The translations under genes and the position numbers were made by a program. DNA of 64,000 bases from Selaginella moellendorffii. Taxonomy: Eukaryota; Plantae; Lycopodiophyta. The notes beneath the pieces are model-generated. The model was not told where the DNA came from and searched no databases. It was given only the letters and a program-made list of their open reading frames with translations. The DNA is taken from contig NW_003314268.1 of assembly GCF_000143415.4 (NCBI RefSeq), forward strand, positions 1,720,672 through 1,784,671, read 5' to 3'. Shown one piece after another: positions 24,250 to 33,507 of the stretch. Position 1 is the first letter of the stretch, and each line of letters starts with the position of its first letter.

Positions 24250-26172
24250 TCAGTGCATTTGAAGCACATTTGCTTCATCGAATTCAAGCTCTTCATCTCT
24301 GTTATTCGAGACGGATTTTCCAGTGTCAGTATACGTGTTCGCCAGCAACACGAAAGCCGCAGCGTCCTCCTCGTGTGCTAGAGCGGATTTGGCCGCCATA
24401 GCCCCTCGAGCAGTGTCATTGAAACTTCGACACGCACCGAGAAAGCATCGCCACTCGAGGCCGTCGGGCAGGAAGGGCATGTTGGCGATGAGATCTTTGG
24501 CATGCCGCAGATGCCCAGCTCGTCCCAGCAGATCCACCATGCACCCAAAGTGCTGCTTCGTCAACTCGACGTGGTAGTCCATGCTAATCGACTGGAACAC
24601 AAACTTGCTCGTTTTCACGTTTCCTGCTCGACTGCAAACCAAGAGAACAAGCACCAGGCTCGTGTCGTCGCACACCTCCGTCATTTGCATCGTGTGAAAC
24701 GTCTCCAAAGCCTCGGAGTGATGGCCGGTTTGGGTATTTGCTGCAATCAGTGCGTTCCATGTAGCGGTGTTTCGCTCGGGAAGTCTGGCAAACATATCCC
24801 TTGCAAAGTTTAGATGACCCTTTTGGGCATAAGCAGAAAACATAGCGTTCCACGACACTATGTTCTTCTCAGGCATTTGATCGAATAGCTGCTTGGCTTC
24901 TTCTAAACAACTACATTGCGCATAAGCCGCCACCATTCCAGTCCATAGTATGATCGTGTGCTCTTTCAGGCTTTGGAACAAAATTTTGGCTTCGTCCATA
25001 TACCCGTTTTGGGCATAAGCAAATAATAAGGCACAGGCAGAGATGAGATCCTTCTCAGGCATGCTTTCAAACAAGCACCTAGCCTCCTCGACTTTCCCGC
25101 TTTCGGCGTAGGCGGCAATCACTGCCGTCGATGACACTACGTTGTGCTCCGGCATCATTTCGTAAGTTGAGATGGACTCGCGCAGAAATCCGCTTTGCGA
25201 ATATCCCGCCACCATGGCATTCCACGTTACCAGATTCTTCTCCGGCATTTTGCTAAGAATCTCCTCTGCCTTTTTAAGATTCCCTGCCTGGGCATATGCC
25301 GAGAGCAGAGCATTCCAAGATATCACTTCCCACTCGGGCATCTCGTCGAATACTTCCTGGGCTTGCTCTAGATACCCATCACCGGCATATGCTCCAATCA
25401 TAGACGTCCAGGCAACGAGATTCCTTTGCGGCATCTCTCTAAACATTCTCTTAGCATGGTCCAGATGCTCGTTCTTAGCATATGCCACCAGCATTGACGT
25501 CCACGACACCATGCTCCTCTGCGGCATTTTATCAAACAAGGCCTTAACTTCTTGAAGATTCCCATCCTGAGCATATGCAGAAATAAGCGCGTTCCAGGAA
25601 ACAGGATCTCTCTCAGGCATCTTGTTAAACAGACGTAAGGCATCTTCCAGATGCCCGTTCAAAGCATATGCCGCAACCATACCAGTCCAAGACACAAGAT
25701 TCCGAAGTGGCATGGCTTCAAAGATGCGTTTGGCCTCTTCCACTTGCCCACTTTGGGCATATCCAGTCAGCATTGCGGTCCAGGAAATAAGATTCCTCTC
25801 TGGCATGCGATCAAAGAACTGCTTTGCCAGAGCAAGATTCCCGTTCTGGGCATATGCTGCCATCGTGGCAGTCCACGACACCAGTGTCCGATTTGGCATT
25901 GTGTCAAACAGCAGCTTGGCTTCGTCTAGCTGACTGTTTCGTATGTATACGGATATCATAAGATTCCAGGAATAACAGTCTTTCTTGCCGAGAGCATCGA
26001 AGATCGCTTTGGCTTGCTTTAAACCCCGGCATTTCCCATAGGCTTCGATGAGCTTGTTTGTGAGGAACAAATCGTGAGATCCAACTCGGTTTTCTATCTT
26101 CGCGTGGAAGCTCTCCAGAAAAGGAAGAGTTTTGCAAGATTGAATCACCGCAAGGCAGTCGCGACGATCCAT
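24250..26172 (-). CDS. PLS-class PPR protein (run of 31-aa SS repeats, then P2-L2-S2-E1 and truncated E2), putative organellar editing factor, 640 aa
   Basis: Tandem VSW(N/T)AMxxAYAQNG repeats, HFGCMVDLLGRAG and E-motif WRCFLGAC; no DYW domain. Confidence 0.95.
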   Translation of the reverse strand: MDRRDCLAVIQSCKTLPFLESFHAKIENRVGSHDLFLTNKLIEAYGKCRGLKQAKAIFDALGKKDCYSWNLMISVYIRNSQLDEAKLLFDTMPNRTLVSWTATMAAYAQNGNLALAKQFFDRMPERNLISWTAMLTGYAQSGQVEEAKRIFEAMPLRNLVSWTGMVAAYALNGHLEDALRLFNKMPERDPVSWNALISAYAQDGNLQEVKALFDKMPQRSMVSWTSMLVAYAKNEHLDHAKRMFREMPQRNLVAWTSMIGAYAGDGYLEQAQEVFDEMPEWEVISWNALLSAYAQAGNLKKAEEILSKMPEKNLVTWNAMVAGYSQSGFLRESISTYEMMPEHNVVSSTAVIAAYAESGKVEEARCLFESMPEKDLISACALLFAYAQNGYMDEAKILFQSLKEHTIILWTGMVAAYAQCSCLEEAKQLFDQMPEKNIVSWNAMFSAYAQKGHLNFARDMFARLPERNTATWNALIAANTQTGHHSEALETFHTMQMTEVCDDTSLVLVLLVCSRAGNVKTSKFVFQSISMDYHVELTKQHFGCMVDLLGRAGHLRHAKDLIANMPFLPDGLEWRCFLGACRSFNDTARGAMAAKSALAHEEDAAAFVLLANTYTDTGKSVSNNRDEELEFDEANVLQMH

Positions 26173-26256
26173 CGTAGAAGCCCATCATGTAATCGACCAG
26201 CAAATGCCCAAGAACATCTCCCCGCCCAGACTCTTCGATTTGAATTTGAATTTGAA

Positions 26257-28422
26257 ATGGATGCGCAGGGATATGCCTCCCTGGTCAGTGCGTGCGGTAG
26301 GGCGCGCGACCTCGACACGGGAAGGCTAATCCATGCCGATCTCCTGGCGAGCCCACACTCGAGGAATCGTTTCCTCTGCAATCGCTTGATCGAGATGTAT
26401 GGGAAATGCGGCAGCGTGAAAGATGCGAAGCTCGTCTTTGATGGGATCGCCAATCCAAACATCTTCTCGTGGAATTTGCTGCTGGGAGCCTACGCCCAAA
26501 ACGGGCATGTCGATGAGGCAAAGCTGGTGTTTGACAGGATTTCTCGGCCAGATCTCGTGTCCTGGAACTCCATGCTCACTGCTTACGCACAGTCCGGGAG
26601 AATTCAAGAGGCAAAGTGCCTGTTTGATCGAATGCCTCACAAAGATTCCATCTCCTGGAACGCCATGGCCACGGCATATACCCAGAATGGGAATCTACAA
26701 GAGGGGAAGAGAGTCTTTGACAGCTCTCCAAATCAAACCGTTGTTTCGTGGACGGTTATGATCACAGCGTATGCGCACAATGGGCAAATCGAAGAGGCCA
26801 GGAAATTATTCGATAAGATGCCACAAAAGAATGTGGTGACGTGGAATGTTATGCTTTCGGCATATGCCCAAAACACGGATTTTGCGGAGGCAAAGAATAT
26901 CTTTGACAAGATGCCCAAGCGTGACGTAGTGTCCTGGAACGCAATGTTATCGGCATATTCGCAAAACGGGCTTTTGTCACAGGCAAGGAGCCTTTTTGAT
27001 GCCATGACTATTAAAGATCCGGTTTCATGGAACATTCTTCTCACGGCATATGCCCAGAACGGGCAAATGGACGAAGCGGAGGAATTGTTTAATCGGATGC
27101 CTGAGAAGGACGCTGCCACGTGGAATGCCATGATTGGAGCTTACGCAGCGAACGGTCAGCTTCACGAGGCGAGAGAATTGTTTGATCGGATGACGCAGAG
27201 GAATGTGGTCTCGTGGACGGCTATGATGACGGCGTATGCCGAGAAGGGGGACTTTAAAGAAGCGATGAGCATATTCATGGAGATGCCACAGAGAAACGTG
27301 GTATCTTGGAATGCCTTGGTTTCGGCATATGCCCAGAAAGGATTCCCGGAAGAAGCAAAGAAGCTCTTTGATTTGATGCCTCACCACGATGTCTCGTCCT
27401 GGACTTCCATGGTTGCGGCCTATGCCCAAAATGGACATATCGACCAAGCGAGAGCTCTGTTTGACAAGATGCCAAATCGCAATGCCGTGTCTTGGAATAC
27501 TATGATCGTCGCTTACGCAGAGGATGGCAATCTGGAAGAGGCGAAGAGATTGTTTGAGAAATCTCCCAATCGTGATATTGTTTCTTGGAACTCTATGATC
27601 ACAGCTTACGCATCAAATGGTCGCCTCGAGGAGGCCAAGGCATTGTTTGACGAGATGGAAAGAAGAAACACTGTGTCCTGGAATGCGATGATCGCGGGAT
27701 ACTCCCAGAACCATCGCTGCAAGGATGCTATTCTCTCGTTTCGAACGATGGACATTCAAGGCGTTCAGGTGGACGAAGTTACGTTTGCGGTGGTTCTGGA
27801 GGCTTGTGCAAATCTACACTTGCTCAAGTTTGGAAAGATCGTTCACTCGGAGATCCAGGGCCGGCGATTCAGGCTAGACAAGTCACTGCTCGGGAGTGCT
27901 CTGATCAATCTCTATGGAAAATGCGGGAGCCTGGACAACGCGAGGAAAGTTTACGATGATCTCGGGAGGAAAGACGTGGTGGCCTTGAACTCCATGATCG
28001 CAGCCTATGGACAGAACGGGCATGTCGACGAGGCTCTCGAAATCTTCGATTCCAAGGACTTGGAAGGCATTCGACCCAACGACGTGACGTTCATAGTTGT
28101 CTTGTTCGTGTGTAGCCATGCAGGGCTCTTGAAAGATGGCCAGGAATACTTCTCCTCAATGGTGAATGACTATGGCATCCAACCTTGCCAAGAACACTAT
28201 GGCTGCATGGTTGATCTCCTGGGACGAACGGGAAGGCTGGAAGGAGCCGAAAATCTCATCAAAGAAATGCCGTTTGAAGCCGACGCTGTTACGTGGATGA
28301 CACTGCTGGGCGCCTGTAGAGTTCATGGGGATGTTAAGAGAGCGAAGCGAGCGAGCAAGAAGCTCGATCGCTCGAGAAATTCATCACGGTATTTGCTCTT
28401 GTCTAACACAGTCGCTTCATAG
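26257..28422 (+). CDS. PLS-class PPR protein (SS-repeat run, P1-L1-S1-P2-L2-S2-E1, truncated E2), ~721 aa
   Basis: Tandem SS repeats, HYGCMVDLLGRTG, WMTLLGAC and YLLLSN followed by stop. First ATG at 26257. Confidence 0.95.
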   Translation: MDAQGYASLVSACGRARDLDTGRLIHADLLASPHSRNRFLCNRLIEMYGKCGSVKDAKLVFDGIANPNIFSWNLLLGAYAQNGHVDEAKLVFDRISRPDLVSWNSMLTAYAQSGRIQEAKCLFDRMPHKDSISWNAMATAYTQNGNLQEGKRVFDSSPNQTVVSWTVMITAYAHNGQIEEARKLFDKMPQKNVVTWNVMLSAYAQNTDFAEAKNIFDKMPKRDVVSWNAMLSAYSQNGLLSQARSLFDAMTIKDPVSWNILLTAYAQNGQMDEAEELFNRMPEKDAATWNAMIGAYAANGQLHEARELFDRMTQRNVVSWTAMMTAYAEKGDFKEAMSIFMEMPQRNVVSWNALVSAYAQKGFPEEAKKLFDLMPHHDVSSWTSMVAAYAQNGHIDQARALFDKMPNRNAVSWNTMIVAYAEDGNLEEAKRLFEKSPNRDIVSWNSMITAYASNGRLEEAKALFDEMERRNTVSWNAMIAGYSQNHRCKDAILSFRTMDIQGVQVDEVTFAVVLEACANLHLLKFGKIVHSEIQGRRFRLDKSLLGSALINLYGKCGSLDNARKVYDDLGRKDVVALNSMIAAYGQNGHVDEALEIFDSKDLEGIRPNDVTFIVVLFVCSHAGLLKDGQEYFSSMVNDYGIQPCQEHYGCMVDLLGRTGRLEGAENLIKEMPFEADAVTWMTLLGACRVHGDVKRAKRASKKLDRSRNSSRYLLLSNTVAS

Positions 28423-28674
28423 CTTTGCAAGGTTTTAGATCTTTTTCCCAATTGCCAGTATCCGAAAGAAAGCAACTCTATGCTGTTAAGCATCACCAAC
28501 AAAAGCAAATGACGAGCATCACTAGAAATCACTAACACAGCTTTGCCACCAACAGTGTAAAAACCACACGTTGCAGAGGATGATTACCATGAGATGATGC
28601 GATTTGGCACTCATTCGCTATTACCCATGATATAGTTGTGTGTGATCACTACACAATCAGAGAAAAAAAAAATT

Positions 28675-30183
28675 TCACCACCATTGATGAGCAAGGACCC
28701 CAGAGGCCCTGAGAGACTGGAACAAAGCCAGGCATTGAGTGTAAGTGCGATTGTACTTTGCGCTCCGCTCGCCCGGGCAACACTTTTGCCAGCGGTTATA
28801 ATGGCACTCGAGGAAGAGCTCGTCCACCAGGCAAATCGCGCCACTCTCGATAAGCCTGGGCAGCAGCTCAAACTCCGTGCCCTCCACGTCCATCTTCATC
28901 ACCACGTAGTCGCTGGGCGCCACCGTGTCCGCCAGCCAGGCAGCAAAGTCGAAGCCCTGCACCGACGTGGACGTCCGACGCGGCGCCGACGAGGACGCCG
29001 ACTGTATCCTCCCCATGCTGTCGTCGCCCGCCGTACCGAACATCAGCGTCTCGTTCCTCGTCCACGCGGCGTACGGCAGCAGCGTCACGTCCCGGCGCTT
29101 GGCGTAGCCAGCGTGGAATGCCGCGTCAGCCTCGATGGCGTACACCGCGAAGTTCCTGCCGTACGTCGGGTACGCCTTCTTGAACCAGCCGCCAATGCTG
29201 GAGCCGTACGTGCGCGCGCCAACGTCCACGTACACGTGGCGGCTCCGGGCGTGGAAGTCCGACGTGTCGAGCAGGCGTGGCAGGTACTGGATCTTGGCCA
29301 CGTTGCGCTTGAGCACTATCCACGGCTTGGCCGGCTCCTGGACGATCAACGGCTCCGCGAGGCGCATCGTGTGACGCGAGATCTTGGGCGTACAGCTGGA
29401 CGGCTGGATCGGCCTCTTCCTCATCACTAGCTCCGTGTCTAGCCCAAACGCGTCCACCGCCCGGACTTCCACGACCTCGGATCTCTCGAAGAGCGCCACC
29501 AGCGGATCCAGGCTGCGCAGCTGGTTGGCGGAGAAATTGTCGCCGCGGGCGTGGACGATGGCGTGGATCACCGCAATTCCCCCTGGCTTGAGCGTGCGCT
29601 CGATCTCCGACACGAATCGCGATGGCAAGAGAGCGTGATCGAAGACGTTGGAGAATTCGAAGTCGAAAGTGTCGCTGGGGAAGGGATGGCTGTGGATGTC
29701 GCCACGGATCACCAGCGGCGGCGCCGGCACGAGATCGATGCCGGTGGAATCCACCACGCCATTCTCCCTGAGAGCGAGGACCTCCTGCCCTACCCTGGCG
29801 CCGATGCACAGCGCCTTGGATTCCCGGCGGAGGAGATCGCGCTGGATGAGCCGCCGGAAGATTGCCCCAAACGCATCCACCTTGCGCCGCCAGTCCCTGC
29901 TCGTCCAGATCTTGCGCAGCTTGGCGTCGCTCGTCTTGCGCAGCTGGAGCTGGAGGTACTCGTCGTAGGAGGAGAAGCGGTGGCGCAGCGTGAGATCCTC
30001 GCCCGTTGCCGCGAATTCCTCCGCGATCATGAGCTGCTGCCGCGGCTGCCACTTGATCTTGGCCGCCGCCGCCGGCCGCGCCCCCGGATCATAGACGAGC
30101 TTGATGGAGAGGAAGGAGACTAGGGTAAGAATCAAGGCGAGGAAGAGGGGGCGGAGGAGAGAGCCGTGCCTGATCCACCCCAT
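28675..30183 (-). CDS. Membrane-anchored SAM-dependent methyltransferase (type-11 plus FkbM-like domains; At5g01710-like), intronless
   Basis: N-terminal TM, ALCIGARVGQEV, TFDFEFSNVFDH, RTLKPGG, YVDVGARTYGSSIG and VVMKMDVEGTEF. Confidence 0.92.
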   Translation of the reverse strand: MGWIRHGSLLRPLFLALILTLVSFLSIKLVYDPGARPAAAAKIKWQPRQQLMIAEEFAATGEDLTLRHRFSSYDEYLQLQLRKTSDAKLRKIWTSRDWRRKVDAFGAIFRRLIQRDLLRRESKALCIGARVGQEVLALRENGVVDSTGIDLVPAPPLVIRGDIHSHPFPSDTFDFEFSNVFDHALLPSRFVSEIERTLKPGGIAVIHAIVHARGDNFSANQLRSLDPLVALFERSEVVEVRAVDAFGLDTELVMRKRPIQPSSCTPKISRHTMRLAEPLIVQEPAKPWIVLKRNVAKIQYLPRLLDTSDFHARSRHVYVDVGARTYGSSIGGWFKKAYPTYGRNFAVYAIEADAAFHAGYAKRRDVTLLPYAAWTRNETLMFGTAGDDSMGRIQSASSSAPRRTSTSVQGFDFAAWLADTVAPSDYVVMKMDVEGTEFELLPRLIESGAICLVDELFLECHYNRWQKCCPGERSAKYNRTYTQCLALFQSLRASGVLAHQWW

Positions 30184-30252
30184 GGATCGATCGATGGGGG
30201 GAAAAAAATCTTGGAATTGCTGTACAAACCCAGGGGGACGATTTGGAGTGGC

Positions 30253-30408
30253 CTAGCGAGCACAGAAGCGGGCGGCGGTGTGATTCCCACCCACGAGGAT
30301 CAAACAGCGAGGATGAATCAACTGTAGCGGCATGATTGCTGTTCGCCTCTCAACCTCATCCCATTCACGACGACGCCGATTCCGCCACCGCCGCGCCACT
30401 CCTATCAT
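30253..30408 (-). promoter_or_regulatory. 51-aa upstream ORF (probable conserved-peptide uORF) in the methyltransferase 5' leader
   Basis: ATG 30408 to TAG 30253 encodes MIGVARRWRNRRRREWDEVERRTAIMPLQLIHPRCLILVGGNHTAARFCAR and stops 69 nt before the main ATG. The Arabidopsis homologous methyltransferase family is known to carry CPuORFs. Confidence 0.75.
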
Positions 30409-30807
30409 CGCACCAACCGCCCACAAAAAGATAAAAGACCTTTCCCCCCTGCGCTACTGCAAACCCTAGAAAAACAGGAAGCCGCGTTGCCTCCTCTTTC
30501 CCCTGCCATTTAGTTTCCGTTGACTATAACGAGAAGATTAAACACCGAAAATTCCACGGTAAGGAGTAAAAGTGAAAGGTAAAAGCAAAGTTGGTAGAGT
30601 AAAAAAGCACTCCAGATAAAGAATCAACTTTCTCATCAAATACAAAGCGTCATCTGAATGCAGATGGTAGTGTCTACTACAAAGTGAAAAAAAGAGGAAC
30701 ACAAATGGATGATCAGAAGCATAATGCTACCGGAAGAATAATGCGAAGAGAATGGGCCACAAAAAAAAAAATATTTGAAAACTCACAAGCATCGCTCGCG
30801 CAGTGTA

Positions 30808-33310
30808 TCATATTAGGCCCGGATTCCCGAAAGGATTGTTTTGGAACTGTGGATTTGCATTTGGCGGCGCGGGAACACCGAAAGGATTGTGAGGATTGCG
30901 ACTCATCATCTGTTGCTGCTGCTGCTGTTGCTGCTGCAAGAAGAGTGCCTGCTGATGTTGAGCCATGGCTGCCATTTGTACATTCGGCGGAGGGGCAAAC
31001 TTGCCAGAAGCCATGAACGGGTCGTGGTTCATTGTGTCGAATGGATTCATCATCTGCGGTGGTCCGCCGTAGCTCGTCCCCGCCCCTCCTGCGTACTGTT
31101 GCTGCGGTCGTCTGGATAGCGCGTCGTCGTACAGGCTATCAAGCGTCAGCTTGTCAAAACCACCGGCCTGTGAAACGAAGAAGCAAAAGTGTGTGTTAAG
31201 GGATGCACAGAAAAGTTGCAAACAAGGTTACCATACCAGTCTGCTCGAGCTGACAGCATTCTCGTTGCTGCTGGGATTGGTCACTAGAGCCAGCTCCCAA
31301 CCGGTCGTGCCACTCTCTGGTGCCCAGGCTCCATTTGACTCCGAAGTGCCATTTGCCGTTGGACCTGGCCGTATATATTTCGTTCGTTCGTTACGATGAA
31401 CTGAATGCTAATCGCTTACCGGAAGGAACAATGGCTAGTGCCAGCGCATTGCTTTCGTCCAATGCTGAAGGGCTTGGAGCCATCTCTCCCAGGCCCTGTG
31501 ACCATGTCAATAATGAACGAGAGACAAGCCATTAAAGTACAGCTTACCAGAAGATCATTGCTCTCGAACGCGGAGCTTTGAATTGGTTTTGATGGTGGTG
31601 GTGGTGGTGGTGGTGGAGCTTCTGGTGCGGGTTCTTCAACAGGCTCTGGTTCTGTTGGAGCCGCAGCGATCCGATTAGATATGAGACGTTCTCCATTATA
31701 CTCGAGCTTTCAAACCAAAGTAGACTCATCAGCAATGGAAACGCTGCTATTTCAGTTAGCTTACCGCAAGGTCCTTTGGTACTATAGCGAGGCGAGGTGC
31801 ATCTTTAACATACTCTTCCATCGTGGTCAGAAATGATTGAGGAGGCTAGAAACCAAAAAAGAAGATGTATAGTCAACGAAGAGCTCATTGTTGGATACCT
31901 GTTCAAGAGTAGGAAACTGGAAGCTCCTAGCGAGATCCAACCCTTTGCAGATTTCGTAAAATTCTGATAGCCTTTCTGCCTGTAATCACTGTGTAGATGA
32001 TACTTTGACGACAACAATAAACTTGAATTTACCTGCTGCCCTGCTCTTTTGTAGACTTCCAAAGCCTTTATAGCGTCATGCCGTTGCATCTCAAAGAACT
32101 AGAGCAGAGAGAAAAACAATTACGAACTAGAATACTACAAAGCAGATTATTACCAACCTTGTCTACAAGATTAATAATCCCGTCATTTATTGCTCTGTAA
32201 AGCTTGAAGCTCTCTTTGAAAACCTGCGATGATTTAAAGTCATGATCAACAACTACAAATGTTTCAGACTGAATCAAGCATACCAGACCCAAAGCGTACT
32301 GGATCACGTGGTTGCTCGTGGCAGCTCCTTCGGGCTGAATTTTTTTCAAGAATTACGGACTCGTATTTTGTAAGCACGAATGAAAGTAAACCTGGCATCC
32401 CATAAGGCGATGCAGAAGCTGTTGTAGAGAAGGTAACTGTTCTAGTAAGTCGATTGTGTCGAGCTCCCTGGTTCTGCTGTGACCCTGTTCCATCAAAGCT
32501 CACTCATTGTACCGGGGAAAACGAGTGCGAGGACTAACCGATGAGCGCTCTGACTCGACATCGTATTTCAAAATCCGAAAGCACTCGAGCCGCTCCTCGA
32601 GAAATAATGCGTAAGTTCGGACCCAAGCCGAGTAGTCCCATGCTGGTAAGTTCAAAGTATAGTCAGCATCTACAAAGAAGATGAACAGATTGCCTTGCGT
32701 ACCGTTGGGACTAGAATCGTCCTTGAAATTGGACAGGTTGAGGATATGCGCTCGGTTCCGTGAATAATTAATGAGCTCCTCGCGAAACGTTGGATCCCCC
32801 TCTCTGAGTGTCCGGTGGATCACCATGAGCGCCTTGAGGGCCACCTGTGAGCAAAGAGCAACACAAACATAAGTCCCGGATTCGTGTGTTTCTCAACTAC
32901 GAGCTTACTTACGGTCCAAGTGTGCGTCTTGGAGATGCGCCTGGCAAGAGCGTGAATGCAGTAGGCAACGTCTGCCCTGGGCCTGGCGGCCGAGGTGGCA
33001 AGGAAGATCGCTGCGGCGAGTAAGAAAAAAGAAATCGATTGAGATGATCCAATCCAATTCATGCTAAGAAACTAGATGGCTAAATCTCACTTACTTCTGA
33101 CATGCTTCTCTTTGGGAGGGCACTCGACATGATTCGTCGCCTTGACCACTGCAATGTCCAAGTCCTGGGAGGAGAGAAATCGGCATCGATCGATCGGAGA
33201 GACCGCAATAAGAGTACCTTGAATTCGCTGTTAACCTTGGCGAGGCCGACTTTGGTGGAATCCTTGAGCGCGCCGAGAGCTTTGCGAATCGTCTTAGATC
33301 CACCGGCCAT
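30808..33310 (-). CDS. ANTH-domain clathrin assembly protein (PICALM/AP180-like), multi-exon
   Basis: [78 protein letters not shown] and C-terminal NPF motifs with poly-Q. Confidence 0.93.
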
Positions 33311-33507
33311 AGCTCTGAGCTTACCCTAGCGACGCGATCTAGTGACCTAGGAGCTGCGCAAATCCAATTGCGCGCTCATCCTCCCCCGCCATGCTCCTCC
33401 ATGGATCTGAGACCTAAATAAAAACAAACACTCTCCATTTTCTCATTCATAAAGCCCACACTGGCATTTGGCCAGGGTTCGAGTCCTGCCCTAACGGGGG
33501 AGCGCGG

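Noticed and set aside
28636-30123. Several long overlapping or antisense ORFs on the methyltransferase
   Set aside because: GC-rich shadow frames with Arg/Pro/Gly-rich, low-information translations.
33440-33500. Possible tRNA gene around GGTTCGAGTCC
   Set aside because: T-stem pairs poorly; no acceptor stem, D-arm/A-box or anticodon arm.
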